Virus record (IMG/VR): IMGVR_UViG_3300044960_000268
Location: 1 to 56,352 of that record
Length of the DNA stretch: 56,352 nt
Direction: 5' to 3' (one strand)
DNA from: a virus
Taxonomy: Duplodnaviria; Caudoviricetes
Below, one piece after another: positions 46,880 to 54,430 of this stretch. The translations under genes and the position numbers were made by a program. The notes under the pieces were generated by a model. It did no database searches. It was not told where the DNA came from and saw nothing but the letters and a program-made list of their open reading frames with translations. Position 1 is the first letter of the stretch, and each line of letters starts with the position of its first letter.

Positions 46880-47201
46880 GAGTCGGTTGCAAAGACGCAT
46901 TCGCGAGGCTCTCGAAGATGAAGTAGGAGGATGGTGGATGAAGGTTCACGGGGGCCCTTTTCAATCGGCGGGTATCCCCGACTTGATCGGTTGCACAGGA
47001 GGGCTGTTTTTTGCTTTCGAAGTTAAAACCCCATCAGGGGAAACCTCGGCTCTCCAGGAAGAGATCATGCGGCGCATTCGACGTGAAGGAGGCGCTGTCG
47101 CCGCCGTTGTCACTACACCCGGTCAAGCCGTCACCCTCGTCAAGTACCATCTGGCAAAAGCTAGACGGCTACCAACGGGAATGCGTGGAGTTCGCCGTTA
47201 A
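46863..47201 (+). CDS. VRR-NUC endonuclease
   Basis: ES.LQ..I, GIPDL and FEVK....S.LQ motifs. Confidence 0.9.
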   Translation: MSKKPESRLQRRIREALEDEVGGWWMKVHGGPFQSAGIPDLIGCTGGLFFAFEVKTPSGETSALQEEIMRRIRREGGAVAAVVTTPGQAVTLVKYHLAKARRLPTGMRGVRR

Positions 47202-48696
47202 AGTAAAAACCGCAGGACTCTTTCTTGAACAGGGAACTGGAAAGACCTGGGTCTCCCTTGGTGTCATTGAGCGCATTGTACATCATCAAGCCCTTCTGGT
47301 TGTCCCTCTTGCCAACATCGACTCCACTTGGGCTACTCTTCTTACTAGTGAACTCCCCCACATTACCGTTTGCAGAACGCTTAACGCGCTTCATACAGCG
47401 CCTTTCCCCCGTATCCTGCTAGTGCACTACGAAGGATTACCGAAGTGCCTTAAAAAGGCTCGCAAACTCGATTGGGACTTGATCATTTACGATGAGTCCC
47501 AACGATTGAAATCAAGGGGGACTCGTCAATCTCGCAATGCGGCCCAGCTTGCGAATTGTGCTGAGCACAAGTTGATCCTGAGCGGAACCCCCATCGAACG
47601 TCAACCACAGGACTTGTGGGCGCAATTTCGATTTCTTGCCCCTCACGTGTTCGGAACAAGGTGGGCTGACTTCGAAAACGAGTATCTCGAGCCTATCGAG
47701 ATCGATCCAGGAAAGTACAATCCTCGATCACTCAGATATGCTCAGATGATGAGGAAACTCTTGATTGCCAAGAGTAAGCGAAAGTTCAACAAGGAGAAGT
47801 TGCCACAGTTTCTCGATAAGATCAAACCCTATGCTTTGCGTATTACGGCGGATGAAGTGCTTGATTTACCACCCCTCGAATATCATTGGGTCCGCGTAAG
47901 ACTTCGCGGCGAGCAACGGAAGCTCTATGAGGAGATCGAAGAGAACCTGGTGTCGACTACACTTCGCCTCACTACTCCCTTGAAGGTGACTCAGCGTGGG
48001 AAGCTTCAGCAGATTACTGGTGGGTTCGTGATAGATGATGACGGTCAAGCTCATGCTGTAGGCCAAGCGAAACTTCGCGCATTGAAGCGCGTTGTAGTTG
48101 CAAGTCATCGTCCGATTGTCATATTTTGTAAGTACCTTGAGGAAGTCGATGCGATTCGCAGTGAAATCGAAACGTCACTTGGACGAGTTGAAACTCTTAC
48201 TGGAAGGACCAAGAAATCAAGTCGTGGACCGCTTATCAAGGAATTCCAGTCAGGTAAGATCGATGCCCTTGTCTGCCAAATCAAAACGGGCGGAGTCGGG
48301 ATTGACTTGTATCGCGCACGAGAGGGCATCATCTACTCCCCGCCAGATAGTTCCATCGATTTTGACCAGGCCATCAAACGGCTTCACCGTCGGGGGCAAA
48401 CGGAAAAAGTCCGGATCACGTTGCTGTGGGCCGAAAATACCGTTGACAAATCCGTCTTCCGCGCCTTATTGCAGAAGCGCAATGCTCGAGAGGGCATTCT
48501 AGACCACCTGAGGAGAAAAGCATGGCAAAGAAGGACGAAGTCGCATTCAAGTACACTGTCGAGAACCTCGCCGAGGATCTCGGAGTCCAGCAGCAGACCG
48601 TTCGCATCGGACTTCGCAAGCATGGCATTGAGAAGACCGGCAATGTCTACGGCTGGAACAACGAGAAGGACTACAAGGCGGTCTTGGCCAAGTTGA
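47011..48696 (+). CDS. SNF2-like SF2 helicase (start uncertain)
   Basis: EQGTGKT, DESQ, LSGTP, GGVGIDL and QAIKRLHRRGQ motifs. Confidence 0.9.
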   Translation: MLSKLKPHQGKPRLSRKRSCGAFDVKEALSPPLSLHPVKPSPSSSTIWQKLDGYQRECVEFAVKVKTAGLFLEQGTGKTWVSLGVIERIVHHQALLVVPLANIDSTWATLLTSELPHITVCRTLNALHTAPFPRILLVHYEGLPKCLKKARKLDWDLIIYDESQRLKSRGTRQSRNAAQLANCAEHKLILSGTPIERQPQDLWAQFRFLAPHVFGTRWADFENEYLEPIEIDPGKYNPRSLRYAQMMRKLLIAKSKRKFNKEKLPQFLDKIKPYALRITADEVLDLPPLEYHWVRVRLRGEQRKLYEEIEENLVSTTLRLTTPLKVTQRGKLQQITGGFVIDDDGQAHAVGQAKLRALKRVVVASHRPIVIFCKYLEEVDAIRSEIETSLGRVETLTGRTKKSSRGPLIKEFQSGKIDALVCQIKTGGVGIDLYRAREGIIYSPPDSSIDFDQAIKRLHRRGQTEKVRITLLWAENTVDKSVFRALLQKRNAREGILDHLRRKAWQRRTKSHSSTLSRTSPRISESSSRPFASDFASMALRRPAMSTAGTTRRTTRRSWPS

Positions 48697-48755
48697 AGGG
48701 CGACGGCAAGGAGTCGAAGGCAGCCAAGAAGGCGACGAAGAAGGAGGCTGCATGA
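48522..48755 (+). CDS. Small HTH-like protein (member 6)
   Basis: GAGGAG RBS; YTVENLAEDLGVQQQTVRIGLRK...YGW; followed by a hairpin at 48769..48801. Confidence 0.75.
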   Translation: MAKKDEVAFKYTVENLAEDLGVQQQTVRIGLRKHGIEKTGNVYGWNNEKDYKAVLAKLKGDGKESKAAKKATKKEAA

Positions 48756-48830
48756 TCTTTGACGTGGTGAGCCCGGTGCTTTAACGAGGGGCACCGGGCT
48801 CATCAGCGTTCAAAGCGGGAGCAGTGAAAG

Positions 48831-49175
48831 ATGACGACAATCCAAGTACTGATGGAAGCCGCTGATTTGATCGAACAACCAGGATGCTGGGCTCAAGGCG
48901 CTTTGGCGCGAGATAAAGACGGCTACTACACATCGCCGAGAAGCCGAGATGCCGTGGCTTGGTGTTGGCTTGGAGCTCTGTACAAGGTTACGTCCAACGA
49001 AGCGGTGTACCATGATGCAATGCGCGCTTCTCTTAAATTTGTGACCGACGTTTGCGAATGGAACGATCAACCAGGCCGTACAGCTTCGGAGGTCGCGGCG
49101 GCAATGCGTCAAGTGGCGAAATCGATAGATAGGTCTCTCGCAGCACGAGACGTGTATAGGATCGAGTTTCCTTGA
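48831..49175 (+). CDS. DUF6197-like protein (paralogue of 27076..27393)
   Basis: AADLIEQPGCWAQG...WCWLGA...WNDQPGRT. Confidence 0.7.
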   Translation: MTTIQVLMEAADLIEQPGCWAQGALARDKDGYYTSPRSRDAVAWCWLGALYKVTSNEAVYHDAMRASLKFVTDVCEWNDQPGRTASEVAAAMRQVAKSIDRSLAARDVYRIEFP

Positions 49176-49263
49176 TCGCGGGATTGTCTAGGAATACCTT
49201 TTGAGATCAAAGGCTCTTGTGGTATGGTTTGAAGGTCAAACGATGACCACAGGAGAGACTGAA

Positions 49264-49482
49264 ATGACCAACTACCACCAGCTCCGTCAAATCGTCGATC
49301 AGATGATCTCTCGTCGGCGTCCCCGCCAACTCGCCTATAGTCTTCATCGCTTTCTTGAGCAGTGCCGCGAGTTTACCGAAGAAGGTCGATGCACTCTCGA
49401 TGAGAGCATGTCGATCCTTTTGTCATTCGAGAAGAACTCGAATGTTATTCGCTGGTTCGTTAACCACGGCGTCAAGTGGTAA
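49264..49482 (+). CDS. Hypothetical protein
   Basis: AGGAGAG RBS; TTGAGA-N16-TATGGT at 49201. Confidence 0.65.
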   Translation: MTNYHQLRQIVDQMISRRRPRQLAYSLHRFLEQCREFTEEGRCTLDESMSILLSFEKNSNVIRWFVNHGVKW

Positions 49483-49547
49483 TGATCCGCTCTGAGATCT
49501 CCATACTGTACGAGCCAGCATCTAACTTCAACATGAGAGAAGATCGT

Positions 49548-49817
49548 ATGACTGAGAGCAGACACACCACCCCTGTTCGTGACGGTCAGCGCATTATCGG
49601 CTGGGTTCACAGCGGTGGGTGCCAGAATCCGACCTGCAAGAAGCACATTCGTGCGGGTCTTCCGTTCCACGCAACACCAGGTGGCTTCGCTGTCACCCTT
49701 CCGTGCTACCACTTCGCAACACATGAGGAGGCAACACGCGCGATCCTCGCGGTCAAAGACGTGGCCCCGATGTGTCACGAGATGACGGTGGAGCAGTGCC
49801 GCAAATATCGCCGCTGA
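49548..49817 (+). CDS. Hypothetical protein
   Basis: Early-gene orientation; CxxxxC motif; followed by a hairpin. Confidence 0.55.
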   Translation: MTESRHTTPVRDGQRIIGWVHSGGCQNPTCKKHIRAGLPFHATPGGFAVTLPCYHFATHEEATRAILAVKDVAPMCHEMTVEQCRKYRR

Positions 49818-49898
49818 GTCAACTTGACACATCACGTTGCCCCTGCAATCGATCGCGGGGGCAACATTGTGGTGAAAGCTAAGGGTTTTTCTTTTTCG

Positions 49899-49927
49899 TT
49901 GACGTATTACCCAAATCGTCCTAGTAA
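49899..49927 (+). promoter_or_regulatory. Sigma70-like promoter for the 47-aa peptide
   Basis: TTGACG-N17-TAGTAA directly after a T-rich tract. Confidence 0.55.
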
Positions 49928-49965
49928 GGAGCTTGTGCGCGCGTACTTAGACAGGAGACGGTCGA

Positions 49966-50109
49966 ATGAAGAGACCTTATGAGAAGCCCTTGTACGCTCT
50001 GGAGCGCACGCTCCAGACCATAACGGCTCAGGCCTGTGTAAGTCCGTTTTTCATCGGATGCGGCGAGGATCCTCCCCCTCCGCCTCCTCCTCCTCCTGTT
50101 GAGGAGTAG
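49966..50109 (+). CDS. 47-aa RiPP-precursor-like peptide (not in the ORF track)
   Basis: AGGAGA RBS; MKRPYEKPLYALERTLQTITAQACVSPFFIGCGEDPPPPPPPPPVEE*. Confidence 0.75.
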   Translation: MKRPYEKPLYALERTLQTITAQACVSPFFIGCGEDPPPPPPPPPVEE

Positions 50110-50139
50110 TCAGTCTTAAGCCGTAGCTCCTGGCTCTGG

Positions 50140-50180
50140 GAGACCCGTTACTCAAAAGGTAGCGGGTCTTCTGGTTTTTA
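50140..50180 (+). terminator. Rho-independent terminator
   Basis: agacccgttac/gtagcgggtct stem (one G-U pair) followed by a T-rich tail. Confidence 0.7.
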
Positions 50181-50252
50181 GAAGTTGATCACAGGAGGCA
50201 ATTGCGCGATTACATTGATGCACGTCATTAGTTGACGTGACGGAGAAAGACC

Positions 50253-50342
50253 ATGACTCAGATCCCTCTTTCTGGAGTGACGGTTACCGCTGGGCGGAAG
50301 CATATCTTCATTGATCCGCTTCCTCCCGATCCTGGTCCGTGA
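50253..50342 (+). CDS. 29-aa Pro-rich peptide (not in the ORF track)
   Basis: GGAGA RBS; MTQIPLSGVTVTAGRKHIFIDPLPPDPGP*. Confidence 0.5.
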   Translation: MTQIPLSGVTVTAGRKHIFIDPLPPDPGP

Positions 50343-50527
50343 GTAGTGTCTTCGTCTCCGATCATGAGCGAGAGCCCGCAGTCTTTATGATTGCGGGCTC
50401 TTCCTATTGAAGATCCTAAGAATGGGTGCTATACATCCATTGTCAAGCTCAGTATCAAAGGAGAGACGAAGATGCTCAATGATACCCGCCGTGTGGTCAA
50501 CCAGTTCAATCGGAGGCACCGGAGCAA

Positions 50528-50965
50528 ATGATGAGACTGCGCAATACACGCGCTGATGCGACTCAGCGCTTCCTGCAAATCGCAGCCGCAATCAAAGCTG
50601 AGGCGGGTGTGCGTCAGCACTACGTTTGTAAGACTCTTACCGGACGCGCCTGGACCAGTCAGAGTATCATCGAAGCCCCTGAGGGACGAACGAGCCGGCA
50701 GCTGTATATATTGGCACACGAATGCGGACACATTGCTTTGCATCGGGGTAGGGGTAAGGATAAGCCCACCTATCTGAAAGAATTTGAAGCAGAGCAGTGG
50801 GCTCACGACGCATTGCGGCGTCACGGCGTACCGGTACCTCCATGTGAAACGGAGCGAGCTCGCAAGCAAGTGAGTCTCGAGATCTACAAAGCAAAGAGAC
50901 AAGGAGTAACGATTGATCGTGCAGCAAGTCGATTTGCCAATGGAGGATCGAGAACCCATGACTAG
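50528..50965 (+). CDS. ImmA/IrrE-like HExxH metallopeptidase
   Basis: LAHECGHIAL...EFEAEQWA motif; promoter TTGAAG-N17-TATACA at 50407. Confidence 0.75.
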   Translation: MMRLRNTRADATQRFLQIAAAIKAEAGVRQHYVCKTLTGRAWTSQSIIEAPEGRTSRQLYILAHECGHIALHRGRGKDKPTYLKEFEAEQWAHDALRRHGVPVPPCETERARKQVSLEIYKAKRQGVTIDRAASRFANGGSRTHD

Positions 50966-51267
50966 CTCAATTGCAGGTTCCTTTTTCACCTTGTGGCTAC
51001 TGTGGATCTCCCTCCTCTTTCCTTGTACTGCGCTCATCCATTGGATGGGATTCTTTAGGGCCATGCTGACAGTTATCTTGTTCTTCGTATTTCTTTACCG
51101 TTGAGACCCACAGGGGGGATTGTTGCGTTTGCAATCATCCTAATATGGCGCATGCGAGATACGCTGGCAAAAGAAGAGTTTCCATCGAATCACGATTGGG
51201 GCCCATTGAGACTCTCAAGAATAGGGACTATATTACCGTCGTCAGGTGAGAAACCGGAGATCGAACC

Positions 51268-51540
51268 ATGAACTACGAACAGGCTATCGAAACCCTTCTG
51301 TGCAACCTCATCAATCGCAATGAGGACATGGTGCAGGAACTTCTTGATGATGCTTTGATCGAAAGCGCCGAGGATGAGGATGAGTTCAATGAACTCGATG
51401 GTGCATTGTCGATAGCAAAGGTTGTCACTTATGAGCGGGCTCGCATGTTGACCCATAACCGCGGGCTCGTAATACGTCTGTCTGACGGAAGCGAAGTGCA
51501 GATTACTATCGTGCAGAGCAGGCGCCGTCCCATAGAGTGA
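51268..51540 (+). CDS. Hypothetical acidic protein
   Basis: GGAGA RBS; promoter TTGAGA-N17-TATATT at 51206..51234. Confidence 0.7.
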   Translation: MNYEQAIETLLCNLINRNEDMVQELLDDALIESAEDEDEFNELDGALSIAKVVTYERARMLTHNRGLVIRLSDGSEVQITIVQSRRRPIE

Positions 51541-51563
51541 GTCGCCTGAGTCGTACAACTTCG

Positions 51564-51598
51564 GAAAGCCCGAGCGAAAACTCGGGCTTTATCTTTTT
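51564..51598. terminator. Bidirectional terminator between convergent genes
   Basis: aaagcccgag/ctcgggcttt stem. Confidence 0.85.
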
Positions 51599-51606
51599 AC
51601 GCACGT

Positions 51607-52155
51607 TCAAACACTTCGCAATGCTCTGTAGATGCTTGCCCGTGAACATCGGAGATGGCGTGCCGCCTGAGAGGGGGTAAGATCTGCGCTGACCAGGCGA
51701 CGTACCTCATGAGGATCAATCGTTCGCTTTCTGCCTCTATACTTTCCTTCCTGCTTAGCTTTAGCAATTCCTTCCATTTGACGCTCGCGTCTCAGGTTAG
51801 TCTCGAATTCAGCGAATACCCCCAGCATATCGAGGAAAGCCTTACCCGCTGCGGTTGAAGTATCGATGGGCTGATCCGTTGCCTTTAGATGAACCCCTCG
51901 CTCGCGAAGATCATGCACGATATTCTGTAGGTCCTTTAAGCTGCGGGCGAGTCGGTCGATGCGCGTTACCATCAACGTATCGCCTTCCCTCAGGAATGCT
52001 AGAAGGGTCTCAAGTTCGGTACGTCCTTTCAAAGAGGTGCCACTGATCTTCTCGGACCTGATAGTGTCGCATCCCGCTCGCTTGAGCGCCTCAATTTGGA
52101 TCGTCAAGTCCTGATCGGCACTACTGACGCGAGCGTAGCCAAACATCTTGCCCAT
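51607..52155 (-). CDS. Small serine recombinase (resolvase/invertase)
   Basis: GYARVSS.DQ, EKISG, VTRIDRLAR, AEFE....ERQ.EG and a C-terminal HTH. Confidence 0.95.
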   Translation of the reverse strand: MGKMFGYARVSSADQDLTIQIEALKRAGCDTIRSEKISGTSLKGRTELETLLAFLREGDTLMVTRIDRLARSLKDLQNIVHDLRERGVHLKATDQPIDTSTAAGKAFLDMLGVFAEFETNLRRERQMEGIAKAKQEGKYRGRKRTIDPHEVRRLVSADLTPSQAARHLRCSRASIYRALRSV

Positions 52156-52308
52156 GGCGAGGTTCCTTGTCTCATTTGAGTGTGCGGTGTCTAATAACTC
52201 AAAAACCCACCCTATTGCAACTGAAAGGTGTCGCACGAAGAAGAGTCTCGGTAGCGTGTACCCGAATGAGACGCGATTTTTGCCGGCGTGAGGCTTCCCC
52301 GCTCGTAA

Positions 52309-52324
52309 CCGAGTGATCACTCGG
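52309..52324. repeat. Perfect 16-bp palindrome CCGAGTGATCACTCGG, copy 2
   Basis: Upstream of the resolvase; matches 33982..33996. Confidence 0.8.
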
Positions 52325-52486
52325 AGCGACCTCGAAATGGTCGCCTGTGAGCAACCTAGGCCGCTTTTCGACGTATCCTAAGCGTATATCGATGCGTCAG
52401 GATCACGTAGGTTGACCCAGGACGGCTTTTTGAAGGAGTCGCCGAAGGATCCTGTAGTCAATGTACGAGAGGCCCAGTTGATCGCC

Positions 52487-53686
52487 CTACGCCGCTAGGC
52501 GAGTGCCTCGATATTTCCAGGCTTGCTCGTAATACCCTAAGTCGAAGAAGGGGATCCACTCCTGTCGAAAGCGGGTGATGGCTCCTTCTCGATTTATGGT
52601 CATCTCCACAGTCCATCCTCCCACGTGGGCCTGTAGCTTGTGCTTCCGCATGAAAGGAGTCTGATCGCAGGTGCATCCGCCCTGAATGACGTGCACTTCC
52701 CGCGGGTATCCGTATTCCGCCTTATGGTAATGGCCTACGAGGAGAACGTGAGGTTTCTCGCCGCTCTGGTATGACTCGACAATCTTCTGGACGCTATAGC
52801 TTGTCGCGTAAGCCGATCCGCCACCAGCATGGATCAATCGTAGAACCGTATCTTTCTTCTCGCCGCGAAACACTATGTCGTGCTCCATGTGCCCGAGATA
52901 AATCAAGTCATCCCTGCCCTCTTTGCGAGCGGTGTCTTCGAGATATTGTCCAATGACGATGCCTTCCCGCTGGACATACCATCCTTCGTGATCATCGCCA
53001 GTAAGAAAGTATGTCTTCATTCCTTCTCGTTTCGGCCACTGTTTAGCCAAGTACTTGGCCTGACCTTCCATCCCGTGGACGTGGAGATCGTATCGATTGA
53101 CGCGCGACTCTCCATCAATGATGTTGCCGAGCTGATATACCGTATCGATCCCCTCCTTCTTCCACAGGTCGAATAGGGCATTGAGGACATCGAGGCGCTC
53201 GTACTTCGATCCAAGGTGATTGTCAGCGGTAACCCCAAATCGGATCACTCTTCCTTCGAGGCGGCGAATATCGATCCTCAAGGGCGCGCCTTTCGGGATT
53301 TCCTTGGATAGCTCCATTGCATCGTCAGCTATGTGAACATTGTGACCTAGCTGTTTCAGTTCTTTAGCTGCCTGTCTTACACGCGCTGGAGATACATCGA
53401 GAGCATCAGCGATTTGTTCTATCGTTCTCAACTGTCGGCGCTTCTTCAAGATGTTAACGAGTTGTTGGGTTAGTGCGTCTTTCTTCACAGAAGACTCTGA
53501 GCTTTCTCCAAACCTTCGTCCTTGAGTAGTGACTCGATAGCGGAGTCCTCGATTACGAACTCCGGCGACAGTGAGATTGGTCTTGAATTCCCTATTGACT
53601 GCGTCAGTAAGAGTCTGCCAGTTGAAAGCGTTTGCTGCGTGCTGTCGAATATATTCGTTGATCCTCTCAGAAAGAGCCTTGTTCAT
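52487..53686 (-). CDS. HTH-domain plus calcineurin-like metallophosphoesterase
   Basis: ADNH, GNIIDG, GDDHE and GHYH motifs; N-terminal HTH-like segments (IEQIADALDVSP). Confidence 0.8.
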   Translation of the reverse strand: MNKALSERINEYIRQHAANAFNWQTLTDAVNREFKTNLTVAGVRNRGLRYRVTTQGRRFGESSESSVKKDALTQQLVNILKKRRQLRTIEQIADALDVSPARVRQAAKELKQLGHNVHIADDAMELSKEIPKGAPLRIDIRRLEGRVIRFGVTADNHLGSKYERLDVLNALFDLWKKEGIDTVYQLGNIIDGESRVNRYDLHVHGMEGQAKYLAKQWPKREGMKTYFLTGDDHEGWYVQREGIVIGQYLEDTARKEGRDDLIYLGHMEHDIVFRGEKKDTVLRLIHAGGGSAYATSYSVQKIVESYQSGEKPHVLLVGHYHKAEYGYPREVHVIQGGCTCDQTPFMRKHKLQAHVGGWTVEMTINREGAITRFRQEWIPFFDLGYYEQAWKYRGTRLAA

Positions 53687-53768
53687 CTTATCCCCATCTC
53701 GATTGACCGAAGCACCGCCCCTATCCCGGTGCCGATCACCAAACCCGCAATGGTATACCCTATGCGGA

Positions 53769-54023
53769 TTAGAATGCCTTGAGGAAAAGCTCGGTTAAAG
53801 GCTTTAAGGCCTTCCCAAAAGCGGTCCCTGCTGTGGTTCCGGGCCCGTGAAGAACGGCGCCGACGACGAGTAGAAGTGCGATACGCACCGTTTGCCTTAC
53901 GAGGTCCTTGAGTTCCTTCACGTGACTTTCGAGTTGATCGAGTCTTTTTAGAACGTGAGGATGTTCCGCTTCCAAGGCGCGAACCCTCTCCGGGATTGTG
54001 TGCCTTTTTGGCCTCTTCGCCAT
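53769..54023 (-). CDS. Small coiled-coil/TM protein (lysis region)
   Basis: GGAG RBS; ERVRALE coiled coil followed by a TM segment. Confidence 0.55.
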   Translation of the reverse strand: MAKRPKRHTIPERVRALEAEHPHVLKRLDQLESHVKELKDLVRQTVRIALLLVVGAVLHGPGTTAGTAFGKALKPLTELFLKAF

Positions 54024-54076
54024 AGGATACTCCGTTATAGACTCTTTTAGTCACAGCACATCCTCACGTTTTCGAG

Positions 54077-54421
54077 TCAGCGAGCCTCGGGGGCAGTGGT
54101 TGAGGTTCGACGAGGGGTTACGCGAGGAACTGACGCAATGCATTTCGCTGATGCGCGTTTCAGATCCTCAAGGGATGCTTCTATACGCAACAGCTGACTT
54201 TCCACATCGCTAAGCTTATCTGGTAGCGGCGATACGTAGTTGAGCACGCGCGACACCGAGGGCTCGACTCGCTTAGACACTGCGAGAGCAAGCGACAGAA
54301 CAAAGACGATCCCGATACCCACGAGGAGTAGCTTGACAGTACGAGCACTCCACTTACCCAGCCCGAACGAGGATAGCCATTCGCGCAGAGCGTCGATTAC
54401 CTTGCTAAAACTTCCTTCCAT
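54077..54421 (-). CDS. TM plus coiled-coil protein (spanin-like)
   Basis: Follows the endolysin; one TM segment and a helical C-terminal region. Confidence 0.5.
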   Translation of the reverse strand: MEGSFSKVIDALREWLSSFGLGKWSARTVKLLLVGIGIVFVLSLALAVSKRVEPSVSRVLNYVSPLPDKLSDVESQLLRIEASLEDLKRASAKCIASVPRVTPRRTSTTAPEAR

Positions 54422-54430
54422 GTCTGTCTC

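Noticed and set aside
49966-50109. Canonical lasso peptide gene cluster
   Set aside because: No B/C enzymes nearby and no ring-forming Asp/Glu at core positions 7-9. Kept only as a RiPP-leader-like peptide.
49817-51260. tRNA or structured ncRNA in the intergenic hairpins
   Set aside because: No cloverleaf or T-loop consensus. The hairpins are explained as terminators or operators.
51607-52155. Gin/Cin-type tail-fibre inversion system
   Set aside because: Both fibre genes are in the same orientation, and I found no inverted crossover sites flanking a tip cassette.
53683-54054. o-spanin or other gene in the 123-aa overlapping ORF
   Set aside because: No lipobox, and its low-complexity Arg/Ser sequence is typical of an alternate-frame shadow of 53769..54023.
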